A stretch of DNA of 64,000 nucleotides from Eledone cirrhosa (GCA_964016885.1 OZ024743.1:26536001-26600000), one strand, 5' to 3'. Counted from the first letter of the stretch, positions 1-12,669 are shown. The notes: a model not told the origin generated them from the letters alone. Translations and numbers: made by a program.

Positions 1-52
1 ATTTCACATATTTTAAGATCACTAAATAGAACTGATCTTTTACGTACTAGAG

Positions 53-267
53 CAGTGATTCCCAACGTGGGGCGCACACCCCGCTGGGAGCAATTTGTAA
101 GTGATATAATACAACCAAACTTCTTGATTGCCTAAGTTTTAGGTTTGTTTAATTAAAGGATTTCTACTTTACATTTACAAAACTCAGTTTGTTTTTATAT
201 CAAAAAGGGACATTAACATTTTAGATGTTGAGGTGGAGCATGGAGCAAAAAAGGTTAGGAACCACTG
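53..267. mobile_element. hAT (Charlie-like) MITE, family A, copy 1
   Basis: TIRs CAGTGATTCCCAAC ... GTTAGGAACCACTG. The body is the reverse complement of 33436-33789. Left flank TACTAGAG; right flank TATCAAAG is a degenerate TSD (5/8 match). Confidence 0.75.
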
Positions 268-794
268 TATCAAAGTTATGAGTAGAAGGTAATATGGTAT
301 TGAGCTATTCATACCTTCTTAAAAAATGTATAAAGTGACTAAATGTGTCAAAAATCAGTTTTTCCAACCGAAAATTACTCTTGTTGAATAGTGTGTGTGT
401 TGTTATGTTGCACCTTTGTAAAGCTGTTTTAAAACAATCGTTAAAACTACACTTAATATGTATTGCAATATATGAAGAGAACAAGTATAGTAGTCATAAA
501 AGAAACAGACAATGAAGATCCAGAAAGATATAATCAGAGCAGACTTGAGAACAGAAGAAAATACATTTGACAGTTCTGTGAGCTGTCGATCATGAATTTA
601 TTCAGTTATGGGGTTCATTAAGATACTGTTGTACTTTGATGTATTGATCACGTTTACAAATATTAGTTCTGAAATTGTATATTTACACGAGAAAAGTAAA
701 AATGGCAAGTTTTTTAAAACTAAAATATCATGACTGCCTTTTCAGAACTGCATGCTTATACATTCTACCCCGAACCACGAGAAAAGAATCTGTG

Positions 795-880
795 GTTGAT
801 TGATCTGCGCGAAACAGCAGCTAAATCTCTTTCAAATTACACTCTTCCGCCCTTAAACAAGAAAAACATTTGACAATGGG
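795..880 (+). repeat. Dispersed repeat family, probably a SINE 3' part (GATCTGC..GAAA..GCAGC.AAATCT..TCAAAT.ACAC motif)
   Basis: Related sequence at ~1390-1510, ~23240-23370, ~29415-29565 (plus) and ~30430-30570, ~41390-41440, ~42230-42330 (minus). Confidence 0.55.
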
Positions 881-1029
881 TAATTTTTTGTTTTAAGTAT
901 CATGAAAGCAAAATTCAGCAATCTCCCTACATAGTCGGTAATACAATAAAACTAATAGGTGTTTGCTTTGAAACTGAAGGTTTTTCGAGAGGGCCACCTG
1001 GTTCTACAGATGGTGGAATGACAAAAGTT

Positions 1030-2480
1030 TAGATGTGTTCTTGTGCTTGTCTCAGATTGAAGTACTTTTCTTTTATTGTCCTTCAGCAATTATTGCTAGA
1101 CAACTGCATTATAACTAATTGTTGGCATGCCTAACTGCCAAATCACAGCTTGCTCACAGCCATGCAACAAAACGTATGAACACGTCGTTGTCATCAACAG
1201 AACGTGTTTTATGAAATGTGTTAGATATTATTTATTATCCGATATAATTTAATTTTACAGTCATTAATATAGATTATAATAATTTTCTTTCATATTCTAT
1301 TAATTGTTCGGACTTTAATATGCAGATAAATCAAATACCATTTAATTCAATTCTTTCACTTTCGTGATACTTAAAACGAAACATTACCGGACAATGTAGT
1401 TGTCGATATATAGGAAATATATCGAATATACAGGACGGAATGGTCGCAACTGAAATGCATATGACCATAGGTCTGTTCTGACAGTGCTGACTTAGAGCTA
1501 AACGATAACCTAAACATCGTCTATTTATCCATATTCTTTAGCCAAAGAGTTTGGTATTATTACTGGTTAGTATAATTAAAAATTAACTGAATAAAGGGTA
1601 CGGTTAGATTAAGATACAGAACATATGGACAGCTGTTAAAGATAACATTTTTGTAAACACTCCTGATATTCATCTTTTGACTTATGAAAATAAATGAAAA
1701 GAATGTTCTACATAATTATTTTTATCTTTCTTTCCTCAAAATCTGGTTTAATTTTAATTCAACATTCCACAAAAGATATCCTGACGCCATGTCACAACCT
1801 CTACAAAAATATCCTCATCCTATTTGATATTAACATTACCTGTTCTTGTATATCAGCTAAACTAATTGGTTATTAAGAATTATACTAGCAGCTATTTCTT
1901 AATAATCTTTCGTTTTAATTATTATGAAAGTGTAAGAAAGTCAGCTATATCTATACACAATCGGCAATAAAGTAAAAGTTTAACGAGAGAACCACAGCCT
2001 TAGATGTGTACATGCGTTTGTCTCGGATTGAAATGCTACCACTTTATTGCCAATCATAATTCAGCATGTATTGCCAAACACCCGCATTACAACTGACTGT
2101 TGGTGTGCCCACCAGTAAATTGCCAACCCACTCAGTGGTAAACCATAGTTTACACTTCATTCATTTCAACGATGCAACTATATACACGAATATGATAGAA
2201 GGGCCGTGGAGCAAAAGTAAAGAAAAATATCGCGCCATGTATAGTACATTGGATAATCTATTTTCAACGAACCTGCAGGAATTTAGCTGGCATCGTAGAA
2301 TATATTTATGTATGTTATGAAATTCATTAAATATTATTATCTGACGTAATTTAATTTCAATTATAATCAATTTCTTACATATTTTACTAATAAATCATTC
2401 GGACTTTACAAATGAATCAGGTACCATTCAATTTCATTTTGTTCTATCACTTACATGATACTTAAAACGAAAGATTAACA
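1030..2480. repeat. Diverged local duplication: ~1030-1390 and ~2000-2480
   Basis: Shared blocks TAGATGTGT..TTGTCTC.GATTGAA, TGTTGG..TGCC, TTCGGACTTTA and GATACTTAAAACGAAA occur in the same order in both copies. Confidence 0.65.
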
Positions 2481-3030
2481 ATTTCTTTCCTCTCGCTCAA
2501 ATATTGTTGTGATTTTAGTTGCATTTCAGTCAAATCAATAAAGTGCAAGGTCAAGTTTTGATGAATCTATATTTGAGAAAGTATGTGGGTGGGGTATGGG
2601 TGCTACTCATAGACACAATCACTAAACTACAATGTTAATATTATGGAACTATTTGAATGTTAGCTTTTGTTGCTTTCCTCCGACCTCTTATTTAAAGCGT
2701 GTTGAGTTAAAGCAAAAAAAGATGTGCAGGAATAAATAAATACTCCTAACTTGTCTAGGATTCACATGTAAATAAGTAGATAAAATGTTTACACTGTTGT
2801 CAAAATACTTTCAGGTGGGAACAAAATTGAAATAGCCAGCGTGTAAAGATAAAATAAATGAATCCACAACCTTATAAGGGTTGTCCCTTTAATACTTTAA
2901 CTTATTTTATCTGTAAGGGGTTTGTTTTCTGTGCGTATGTGATGGTTTCTTAACTAAAACATCGTATTTTTTCACAACTGAGTACTAGTTTGAAAAAATA
3001 GTAATATATATACTTACAGAATACTATAAA

Positions 3031-4224
3031 TCATATTTCTACCGATGCATAGCTGTAATGTGTTCTAGAAGTGATGTAAGGAGCGATACATCGCTTAAAG
3101 ACCCGCTTGATGCCGCCTCTGTTGAGATACAGAACAATGAGAGCAGTACAAGCGATGAAAGCAAAAATAATATATGAAGTTTCCAGGTGAACACCGTTGC
3201 GCTTCTGACATTTCAAGTCCGATTCTTGCAGGCTGAGTACCTGCCTGCCCTGGTACAAGTCTTTGTAACTATAAAAACATGTGACATTAGCTATATCCCC
3301 AACTTTATCTTGGTTCTTTGTTAACCATTCATAGAAGTCTTTCAAATAACAACTGCAGCTGTAGCTGTTGTGGCCGAGCCTTACATCTGTAATATAGGGC
3401 ATGGACTGGTTGAATTGGCTGAGAAAGGAGCCACCTAGTATGCCGTTATAAGAGAGATCTAACTGTTCAATGCTATATGTACATAATTCCAGGTGAATAT
3501 TTATCAAATAGTTATGAGAGAGATTTAGTTTCTTCAGAGATTCCATATTACACAACATATCCATAGTATCGTTGGTCAATACTAAAATATAATTATTAGA
3601 CAGGTTAAGATCTTCCAATGTTGTGCTGGTCTTGTTTAAAATGTATGGTAAACGGATAAGGTATTCGGAACTCTCAAGACCACTCCAGCTAGCTAATGCA
3701 TTGTCCAGGTCGAGGACACGAAGTTTTGTCAGCCCCTCAAATACTCCAGTGTGGCTAATATCTAAAAGTTTCCAATTATTATTATGTAGTATTAATGTTT
3801 CTAGGTGCGGTAGACAATGAAATGTTTTGCCGTGGATTTTTCTGATGTTATTGTTGGACAGATCTAAGTATTTTAAAGCAGAATACTTGTGTCCAGATGT
3901 GTTATGAGCACATGCTCCGAAGAGGTTAGTAGGGAGGTCAGTTAGATTGTTGCCACTCACTACCAGACTCTCTACAGTATGTGGTACAAATAAGAAGAAA
4001 CTAGCATTGGTAAAGCCAGTATCTATACATTCCACACTGGTTACATTACACTGGCAGTTGGATAATTCAGCTGGACATTGATTAGTAGTTTTACTGTTAT
4101 TTACAGCACGTTCCATAGTTGTCACCTCCAAGTTAGATTTTACAGTGGCGTCAACTAAATCCATTTGCCAGACAATCACCATAGCAGGAGCAGCAAATAT
4201 ATACCAAATCAGAAAATTAGCCAT
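3031..4224 (-). CDS. TPBG: Trophoblast glycoprotein (5T4/WAIF1)-like LRR single-pass membrane protein, 397 aa, intronless CDS
   Basis: Hydrophobic N-terminus, LRRNT (CPAELSNCQC), multiple LxxLxLxxN repeats, LRRCT (NSYSCSCYLKDFYEWL...C), then TM. The juxtamembrane LETSYII...LIVLYLNRGGIKR closely resembles vertebrate TPBG LQTSYVF...LLVLYLNRKGIKK. Orthology is recognised from memory, not searched. Confidence 0.85.
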   Translation of the reverse strand: MANFLIWYIFAAPAMVIVWQMDLVDATVKSNLEVTTMERAVNNSKTTNQCPAELSNCQCNVTSVECIDTGFTNASFFLFVPHTVESLVVSGNNLTDLPTNLFGACAHNTSGHKYSALKYLDLSNNNIRKIHGKTFHCLPHLETLILHNNNWKLLDISHTGVFEGLTKLRVLDLDNALASWSGLESSEYLIRLPYILNKTSTTLEDLNLSNNYILVLTNDTMDMLCNMESLKKLNLSHNYLINIHLELCTYSIEQLDLSYNGILGGSFLSQFNQSMPYITDVRLGHNSYSCSCYLKDFYEWLTKNQDKVGDIANVTCFYSYKDLYQGRQVLSLQESDLKCQKRNGVHLETSYIIFAFIACTALIVLYLNRGGIKRVFKRCIAPYITSRTHYSYASVEI

Positions 4225-5443
4225 TCTCAGGTTTATATTTTCTTTTAGTTTATCAATAAGAAAATCAAAATTTTATTCTAGAAAATTAAATTATTTGATG
4301 CTTTGAATTTTACATTTAATTAATATGAGGATTTTTTTTCAGTTGAAAACGATACAAATTGTAATAATATGACGGAAATTTAAAAAAAAAACGATTAATT
4401 TTCTGTTTGCGATTTTTTTTGTGGGGATTTTGCCAGGTGCGCTGTGAAAAAAAGTGAGATAAAGTAGGTATTAGTAGTTATTGAAGTGGTCGGTGTAAGT
4501 TTTGCGGTTCAAGTGGGCAGCAGCACATCGGACTAGAAAAAGTTAAAACGAATCGTGTAGCAATGATGAATGGTTACAGAAATATGGTACGTCAAACTGC
4601 GATTCTCCTTATTAGCTTCGTTTATCAGTGAAGTTCATTAAGTCTGGGCTCTATTAAGACAGTCTGTTAGTGGTGACAATGAATGTTGGAGTGGTGAGCA
4701 TAAGACGAGTAGTAGTCTAACAATAATTCAACAGCAGCAAGACGACGGCTTTGAATGGCTGTTCCGCACTCATAATTTTCCCACACATAATTAGTTAGTT
4801 ATTAAAGAATATAAAATATTTTATAAGAGCAAAAAATAATTTTAAAAAAACCCAATAAATATGATAACTGTAATTAAATTTAAAATGATGATGAAAACTC
4901 AACAAATTAAACAGGTTTTATAAATAATACAGAACACTCACTAGCATGATATCCCTATATATATTACATATATACACATTTATATACATTAAGTGTATAT
5001 ATAAATATTTATTAATAGTTTACAGTATAGAATAGTAAATGATAATGTCATCGATTATAAATTTCATTTAACTTTAGAATATATATATTCTATAGCAAAA
5101 CGAACTGAATCGTTATATTCATAACAATATAGCTAGAAGAGACATTACAATAAAAAGGTATTATGAAAGTTAAATAATCATCCAATCAGAGAGCTCCATA
5201 TAATTATGTCCGATATACTATTACCGTCGAAGCGGGATTGATGACGAATTCTTTTCATGCTTATTTCCAGGTAAAATACTTTTTTGGTTGTTAAAAATAC
5301 TTCTGAATATAAAAATACAATCCATGCAAACTGTTTAACGCGCATTAGTCAGATTGAATATGTGTTCATATTTCTTTTGTTGATATAGTGGAGTTGGGTA
5401 TTCTCTTGGCACGGAGATTACAAGTGGTCGTCCATCTTGCTTT

Positions 5444-5560
5444 TTTGCCTCCTTCCAGGGAAGATTGACTCAAACAACGAGACCACTCTTCACTATTTTT
5501 ACCTTTGCCTCCTCCGTAGAAGATTGACTTAAACAATAAGACCGCTCTTCACTAGTTTTT
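5444..5560. repeat. Tandem duplication, 2 x ~60 bp
   Basis: TTTGCCTCCT...GAAGATTGACT.AAACAA..AGACC.CTCTTCACTA starts at 5444 and again at 5504. Confidence 0.8.
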
Positions 5561-7304
5561 TTTCCTTGTCAAGCTCCTGAAACAATTTTACTTTGATATT
5601 TCTCTCAGTAACAGACTAATCATACAGTCAATATTGTTTATTGTACACCCCCATTATAATCGACACGTATATAACAATTGGCATCTGTTCTCCGCACATC
5701 CTTCACTAAACAGGGAAATTGCAGCTTTGAAATAAGAAATCTCATGTCGAATTTATTATTTAACGAATTATCTAGTGTATAATCCTTAGTATGAGTTACA
5801 TATAGTTTTGGTTATTTCAATTTTTTTGATAATTATACTCTGTCTCACAAACTAGTCAGATTTTATTTTGATATTATATCATCTTCCTTCGTTAGTGGAT
5901 CCTAGCTTCGAACTTTACAATATTCTATTTTGTTATGAACCTAAATCCTGCTGAGTGCGATTTTACTTGTCATCATACTCCTGCGTTTGATAAATATTAA
6001 TTATTCAGTATATTAGAAGTGAATCAAACTATTATACCTCTACACTGCTGCCTCATAAACCATTATTAATATCTTGGTTTTGCTATTTTGATCAACACAT
6101 GTGATATCCTGGTCACCACACTTATTTAATCTATTACGGTTATCTGCATTCTGTTATCTTAATATTTCGTCCCATTAAGCAAAACTATAGTTTTTTTGTT
6201 CTTAATAATTCGTACTTTTATTTGACAGTCAAAAACTGATGAAATTCTGGCATTGTTATGATCCGTCTATTCGGAGAGGACATTTTAGTTCGACACCGTT
6301 TACTAACGTTAATCACTCGGAGGGAACTATTTTCCTCCTATAAAATATTAGATTAGTATTTAATATTGTACTATACTAGTAATTTGGAATAATAATGATA
6401 CTTCAAATCACATCCTTTGTTTGAGATGTCAGATTGTTTATATACATTTTTTTTTTAATTTTAGGGTTTAGCAAATAATATCAAAATGGTAAACAGCTGG
6501 AGATTGACGTACATACGTACCTGCGTAGCACTTATATAAAAAGTGAAATGGGGATTTGCAATTTTGATTTCTAAAGAATTGTGTGACATGAAATGTATAA
6601 ACCGTAAATTATCCTTAGATTTCGAGTTCGATTTGCCATCGGATTACAGCAACATAAATAGTAATATTGTTTTCGTTTGAATGGGCACAAGGTCATCGAT
6701 TTTTTAGGAAAAGAGTGAGATAGTACGTGGTTCAGGACTTTCTGAAAGACATAAGTAAAAGGAATTGACTCCCATTGCGAATCAAATCTAACTTACTGAC
6801 TCGACTGTAGCTTACCTTTTGATGTACAGCACATGGAAAAACGGACACAAACGACAAACAAATACAAGCATCTATTTCATTTAGGTATCCCTAGAAATAG
6901 AATTTCGTACGTTAGGGTGGTATTGCATTATTCGCAATTGTATAAATAACATTACAGATTTTATAATTCTTACAGAATGAAAACATACACAAAAATAATA
7001 TATACAAGACCTAATTACATAAATATTTCACATAAAAATATAAAATCAAAACGAAAGGAAATATTAATTCGACACTAAATTGTTTCTACTATTGGCACAA
7101 GGCCAGAAATTACCCAGTACATTACTGGTGACACTAAATAATGCGTGTCAATTAGTCTTTCTTTAATACCTTTGAGACAAGCCAACACGCTCGCTTGTAT
7201 AGCCAGGTCGTACAGCTCCTTAAAACATGTTTTTAGGTGCCAGATACAGTACAGGTAAATACAAACGAGTTTTTTCTGCTCGAACAACATAGAAATGTGC
7301 TCAT

Positions 7305-7395
7305 GGATTGTACCTGTAATTCAAAGGGGCAGCTTTGTCACAAACTGTCTCTCTGAATCTTCCTGAGAATTACTTTAATGGTACACTTACAGGCT
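7305..7395 (+). repeat. Dispersed repeat (TGTACCTGTAATTCAAAG...GAATCT.CCT..GAA family), unclassified
   Basis: Related sequence at ~19225-19360 (plus) and ~33240-33340 (minus). Confidence 0.5.
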
Positions 7396-7699
7396 AATAT
7401 ACAATTATCGGTACTTGTGAATAACAACGTAGTGCTTGACATATGAAAACATCTTTAGGGTCTTTATGAATAATAAAACACAAACAGTGGGTGATATATG
7501 TGTGTGGGTGGGTGTGTATACACACACACACATATATATATATATAGAGAGAAAGGAAGACTGGGCAAGGCTGGTTAAAGCCAATCTCAAAATGCTCAAT
7601 CTCACAAAGGAATGCTATGATAGGAGCACGACTGCTGGAATGTGGAATATATATATATATCTTTAACATTTTATGTCTCGATTGATGTACCGTTGACGC

Positions 7700-7970
7700 G
7701 AGGAAAACAAACACCCAATCTACCCTATAAGGTGGTTGTGCTGATGGTATGAGAAAAAGCACTCAGTCCACCCTGTAATGTGATCAGGCTGGTGACATGA
7801 TAACACCACCCAGTCCCATCTGTAACTTGGTTAGCATTAGGAAAGGCATCCAACTATGGAAACCAGACCAAAATACAGATCTGTATGAACAAGACGTGGT
7901 CACCTAACTTGACTTGTGACAACTTGTCTAACCCATGCAAACGTGGAAAAATGGACATTAGACAATGGTA
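7700..7970 (+). mobile_element. Old RTE-type LINE/SINE 3' tail
   Basis: TTAGGAAAGGCATCCAACT...TCTAACCCATGCAAACGTGGAAAAATGGACATTA matches the RTE 3' end at 13700-13870. Confidence 0.65.
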
Positions 7971-8691
7971 TATATTCTTTTATTGAAGCACTGCCTTGAA
8001 GAGTTTTTGGTCAATCATATCAACCCCAGTACTTATTTTATTGATCTCTATTTGTTGAAACATTAACTCATAGATATTAACAAACAGCACAGAAATACAC
8101 ACGCATGTTATGTTGATTAAATTCTAAGAATTCATTAACTTAATGAAGATGATGCAGTTAGTTATATTAGTATTTTAAAGGGCATTTTTATTTTTTATTT
8201 TTTGCCATCTGCTATTTATGAAGGCATTTAATTTTTCTTTTTATTTTTTGAGGTTGCATCATCTATTCTCAACACATGTAGTATTGTGAGCTTGAACACA
8301 TTCTGCAAGGTATTAAGATCTGGGAGATAGAGCAGCTGGTTAGTACAATTAAATAGACTGGCCTGATATTAGAAAAGAGGAAGGTGAAGATGACATTACC
8401 TATTATTTGAGAGTGTCAAAAATTATTGCATGGAATGGCATCTTCAAAATAGAGACCTGATCCAAATGTACAGCATATTTTGTCTGGCTTTCACACAATC
8501 ACTATGAAACACTGTCGGAAACATTCTAAAATTATATGTAGAATTCACAAAAGACAAATGTAAGACAAAAAAAGAGGGTGGATGTTCTAAATGTACCAAA
8601 ATGTTTTCGTTCCTCCACAAATGAATATTATCTGACAATGGTGTTGTCTCTCATTCTCTATTTATATGTCTAGCTTTCTCTCTCTCTGTAT

Positions 8692-9041
8692 ATCATCATT
8701 TCATCATCATCATTTCATTTTACGTCCGCTTTTTCCCTGCTTGCAAGGGTGGGACGGGAACTGATGCTGGCTTGATTTCTACAGCTGGATGCCCTTCCTA
8801 ACACCAACCTCATTTACAGTGAGTGCTGGGTGCTTTTTTGCCGTGGCACCTCCACGACCACTTTGCAGTGGAATGATATGGACCCCAGTCCCTATCATCT
8901 CATTTCTACAGCTGAGTAAACTGGAGCAATGTGAAATAAAGTGTCTTGCTCAAGGAAACAACAGATCACTCGGTCTGAGAATTGAACTCACAACCTTTCG
9001 ATTGCAAGGCCAATGCTCTAACCACTAAGCCATGTGCCTCC
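8692..9041 (-). mobile_element. Full-length tRNA-derived CORE-like SINE with RTE-derived 3' tail, copy 1
   Basis: On minus: A-box TGGCTTAGTGG, B-box GAGTTCAATTC, CORE-like CCTTGAGCAAGACACTTT, then a tail matching the RTE 3'UTR and ending in (GAT)n. Near-identical copies at 27617-27911 and 30893-31230. Confidence 0.85.
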
Positions 9042-9059
9042 ACTATATATATATATATA

Positions 9060-10140
9060 GTGGGCACCTAGGAAACTAAGAGTAGAAGAGTGGCTAGTGA
9101 GGGCTGTACAAGCCATTTACAGAGGGGCTGTCAGTAAAAGTTAAAGTTAATGACTTTAGTGAGGAGTTTAGTGTACAAGATAGGGTTCACCAAGGTTCCA
9201 TCCCTTTCCTGTTTATTATTATTTTCCAGGCTATAACAAGAATTTAAAATAGGATGCCCTTGGGAACTCCTGTATCTAACTCTCATAGCTAAATCTATGA
9301 CAGAATTAGAGAAAAAATTCCTGACCTGGAATCAGAAGGTTTTAAAGTCAACTTGGCAAAGACTAAAGTTCTAGTAAGTAGTAAATAAAACAAGGCCTTG
9401 ATCCCTTCTGGGAAATGGTCTTACTCAGTGTGTAGGAAAGGGGTGGGTAGAAATTCCATCCGCTGACCCAAATACAAGCTATGGGTACACAAGAGATGTA
9501 GTGGTATCTCAGGTAGGTGAGCTAAGAATATAGGTTTTACTTGTGGCTGTTGCACACAAGCAGTATGTAACAAACACTCACAAGAAACAAGTGCTATAAA
9601 ATTCTTGGAAGGTTCTGAAAAAGCAGTTGACAACTTCAACCTAGATTATCAAATTATCCATGGAGGTGAGCGTGCCGAAAGTACAGTAGCCAGAATGAGA
9701 ACAGGATGGAAAAAGTTCAGGGAGCTGCTACTGCTGCTAGCTTCAAAAGGATCTCCCTTAAAATAATGGGTAAATTGTATGATGCATGTATACAAACAGC
9801 AATGTTACATGGTAGTGAGACCTGGGCACTGTGCAGAGGACTTGCAAAGATTGGAAAGAAATGAAGCTGGCTTGCTTCGATGAATATGTAATAGTAATAT
9901 AAATGAACTGAGAGAGAAACTGAGCATAAGATGGATCAGATGCAGTGTGCAGGAGAGGAGATTGCATTGGTATGGACATGAGTTGCAGATGACAGGTGTA
10001 TAAAAATAGAGTAGGAAAATTTGGGATGAGGTGATAAAAGTTGACCTTGCACAATTACACCTCTCAAAGGCGATGACACAAGATCGAGATCTCTGGTGTT
10101 ATGCAGTAATACAGAATACCTACCTTCCCATGTGTGCAGG
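9060..10140 (+). mobile_element. Degenerate RTE LINE fragment (RT, PHD-like finger, C-terminus)
   Basis: Colinear with the element at 52281-55432 (e.g. GGATGCCCTTGGGAACTCCTGTAT, TGGGTACACAAGAGATGTAGTGG). Many stops and frameshifts. Confidence 0.85.
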
Positions 10141-10399
10141 TTGAAGCATACATCTAGTATGCACTACTGTCCTTTACCTCCAACGCCCTAACATCCCTCA
10201 CCCAATAAGTGCCACACCATAGATCTACCTCTCCAATCTCCATGCATCTTCCTACCCGTCCACACTATAAAGTGGTCGTTTCAGATGCCAGGACAAAAAG
10301 CACCCAATTCACATTGGCTCACAACTGAACAACTCATCTAACTCATGCTAACATGAAAAGATGGACATTTAATGGTGATGGCGATGATGATATATACTA

Positions 10400-10660
10400 T
10401 CATCATTTTACGTCTGCTTTCCATGCTAGCATGGGTTGGATGGATTGTCACAATCAAAACTAGAAGGGTTGGAGAACCATATTTTGCTCATATTTTCTAT
10501 ATTTTGGCATGGTTTCTACAGCTGGATGTCCTTAATGCCAAAGACTTTACAGAGAATAATGGGTGCATTTTACAGTGACACCAGCCCTACTACTTTACCA
10601 AGTATACTGGGTGCATTTTATTGTGGCATCAGTACTAGGGAGGTTGTCATGTACTTGGCA
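10400..10660 (-). mobile_element. Old RTE-type 3' tail
   Basis: CATCATTTTACGTCTGCTTTCCATGCTAGCATGGGTT...CTACAGCTGGATG is the reverse complement of the RTE tail. Confidence 0.65.
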
Positions 10661-10901
10661 AGACTGAAATGTCATTTCTTCCATGCATATGTATATATAA
10701 TCAACAAATATATTTAAAAAGTTTTGTGAAGAAACTGAATATTACTTATTTTGTCCCTAAACATGTTATGCACTAGTAACAATAAAGATAATAGTGTTTC
10801 TAGCTAATCCATGTTTTGCCTTTTGATGATTATAATGATTAAATTACTTCTTTTCTCATTTCTTACAGTATTCCTAGTTCCATGTGCCTGACGCTAGTGC
10901 T

Positions 10902-11919
10902 ATGCCATCTACCAGGAGTACAAGCTCATCTGAAGATGACAAAAAGCCTAATACTAGATCAAAAGGAGGGAGTAAGTCCTCACCATGGCATGGAGGTAAA
11001 AGTTCTCTCCCCACATCTACAAAATCTGCAAAAACTATTTCAAAAGACAACAGGAGTGAACTTGCTAAAACTATGTCAAAGGGATTAACTCCAAAGAAAG
11101 CTACCCCCACTAAAACCAATTGTGACAGCAACAGCGAGAAATCAAAATTTAAAGTCAGTATCACACCTGTAGTGGAAGATGTAAACTCTGAAGTGCCTGC
11201 TTGGGACCAGTCATTGCTTTTACTAAATTCTGAAGCTCATTCAGGTGAAAAACAACAAACCACAACGACTGATCCTCCTCTAAATAAAACATCTCCAGAT
11301 CCCCTTGGTCAGTCACAAAAAACAATCACAAAAGACAATAGTGACTCTTCAGACATTCCGCTGTCTTCATTGCTGGACTCTAAAGTGTCACCTTCCAAAG
11401 AAATCAGTTGTGTTAATGGAACTGTTTTTGAGGAGAAGACAACTCATTTAATTTGCTCCTCTGAAAATCATAATACATCAGGGAATCTTGATACTAAAGT
11501 GAACACCTCACTACAATCACCTGATAAATCAATTGAGGAAGTTTCTGGAACTTCCTCTCCACTTTGTGCATTATCTAATGAGATTTGTGAAGGTGAGCAG
11601 CTTGAAAATCCTGCAAACTGTATTAATAATGAACAGATTTTTGATTCTGTTAGTGAATGTCAGAATGAGGTAGCTGACTTTAACCAAAGCAAAGTTAATG
11701 AGGTTAGTAATATAAATAAAGAACAAACTAAGGAAGTGTGTGATAACCCCACTACTACTACTAAATCGAATAAGTCTACTAACAAGATGGAACTAGTTCA
11801 AGAATCTCCTGAAGGGATTTCAGTTCGAAAGAGTGGCCGTCGGAGTATTCCAAATCGTAAATATTTGGATATGGAAACAGACTTTAGTTTGAAGAAATCC
11901 AAATCTACTACACCTGCAG
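10902..11919 (+). CDS. C2H2 zinc-finger gene, coding exon 1 of 6 (S/T/K-rich disordered N-terminus). Full CDS 4701 nt = 1566 aa + stop.
   Basis: ATG at 10902 follows an in-frame TAG (10875) and an acceptor (TTCTTACAG, 10868). Donor GCAG|GTAAGG at 11920, phase 1. The start codon is inferred; an acceptor at 10877 could instead link to an upstream coding exon. Confidence 0.75.
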
Positions 11920-12044
11920 GTAAGGATGTTTTGTATTACTGGAGTGGTTGTGATGGTGAAGAGTATATATAGCCAGACAAAAGATATAGTATTTAGTCTG
12001 ATGCCAAAGTCAACTGTTGCTTTCATTCCTCTGGTTTCTATTAA

Positions 12045-12249
12045 CCCTTTTGATACAAACCTGCCCAAGACTGCTTCTGGTTCTATGAAATAAAAAAAAA
12101 AGTCAAAACATTTTAAAAGGTTCCTAATTAAATTCTTCAACATAATTTGACATAAGAAGCTTTTGTTAAATTAATTTAGTAAATTTTTCAAAATTCTTCA
12201 TAAATTAATTCAAATACAGTATTTCATTATAAATATGTAAATGAAAGGG
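12045..12249. mobile_element. piggyBac-type MITE, family P1
   Basis: TTAA|CCCTTT ... AAAGGG|TTAA termini. Inverted copy at 20536-20766 and a degenerate copy at ~23740-23975. Confidence 0.75.
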
Positions 12250-12289
12250 TTAAATGACAATAAATGTAGTTGAATTTGTTGCAGGAAAA

Positions 12290-12550
12290 ACTGTGGTTTA
12301 GGGTTCAGTTTCAATGCATGACACCTTGGGCAAGTGTCTTCTACTATAGCTTTATTTCATTCACAACACCTTGTGAGTGAAATTTGGTTGACAGAAACTG
12401 AGGAAGTTTGTTGTGTGTGCATCCAATCAAATAAGTATCAGACTTGAAAAATTAAGTAGCGTGGTTGATATTATCAACAAAACCCCTTCGAGGTGGTACT
12501 CCAGCATGGCTGCTGTTTAATGATTGAAACCAGTAAAAGAATCAAAGAAT
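12290..12550 (+). mobile_element. CORE-type tRNA SINE (second family)
   Basis: GGTTCAGT..CACCTTGGGCAAGTGTCTTCTACTATAGC..CCTTGTGAGTGAAATTTGGT.GACAGAAACTG. Other copies at ~14015-14170, ~19080-19210, ~31510-31635 (plus) and ~35530-35690 (minus). Confidence 0.7.
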
Positions 12551-12609
12551 AAAATCATCAGCAAATGAAGACATTATTTGAATGCAGTAGAAACTTATAC
12601 AGCATTAAT

Positions 12610-12669
12610 ATTTATAAAAGCACAACCACCTTACAGTCCATCCTGTAAGGTGGTAGTGCTTTTATAAAT
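12610..12669. repeat. Near-perfect 60-nt hairpin (27-bp stem, one mismatch, 6-nt loop)
   Basis: ATTTATAAAAGCAC-A-ACCACCTTACAG / TCCATC / CTGTAAGGTGGT-A-GTGCTTTTATAAAT. Confidence 0.9.

Noticed and set aside
8789-9028. Recurrent small ORF MPFLTPTSFTV... (also 30900-31139, 27590-27793, 21358-21561)
   Set aside because: Antisense reading of SINE/RTE tails; its recurrence reflects repeat copies.
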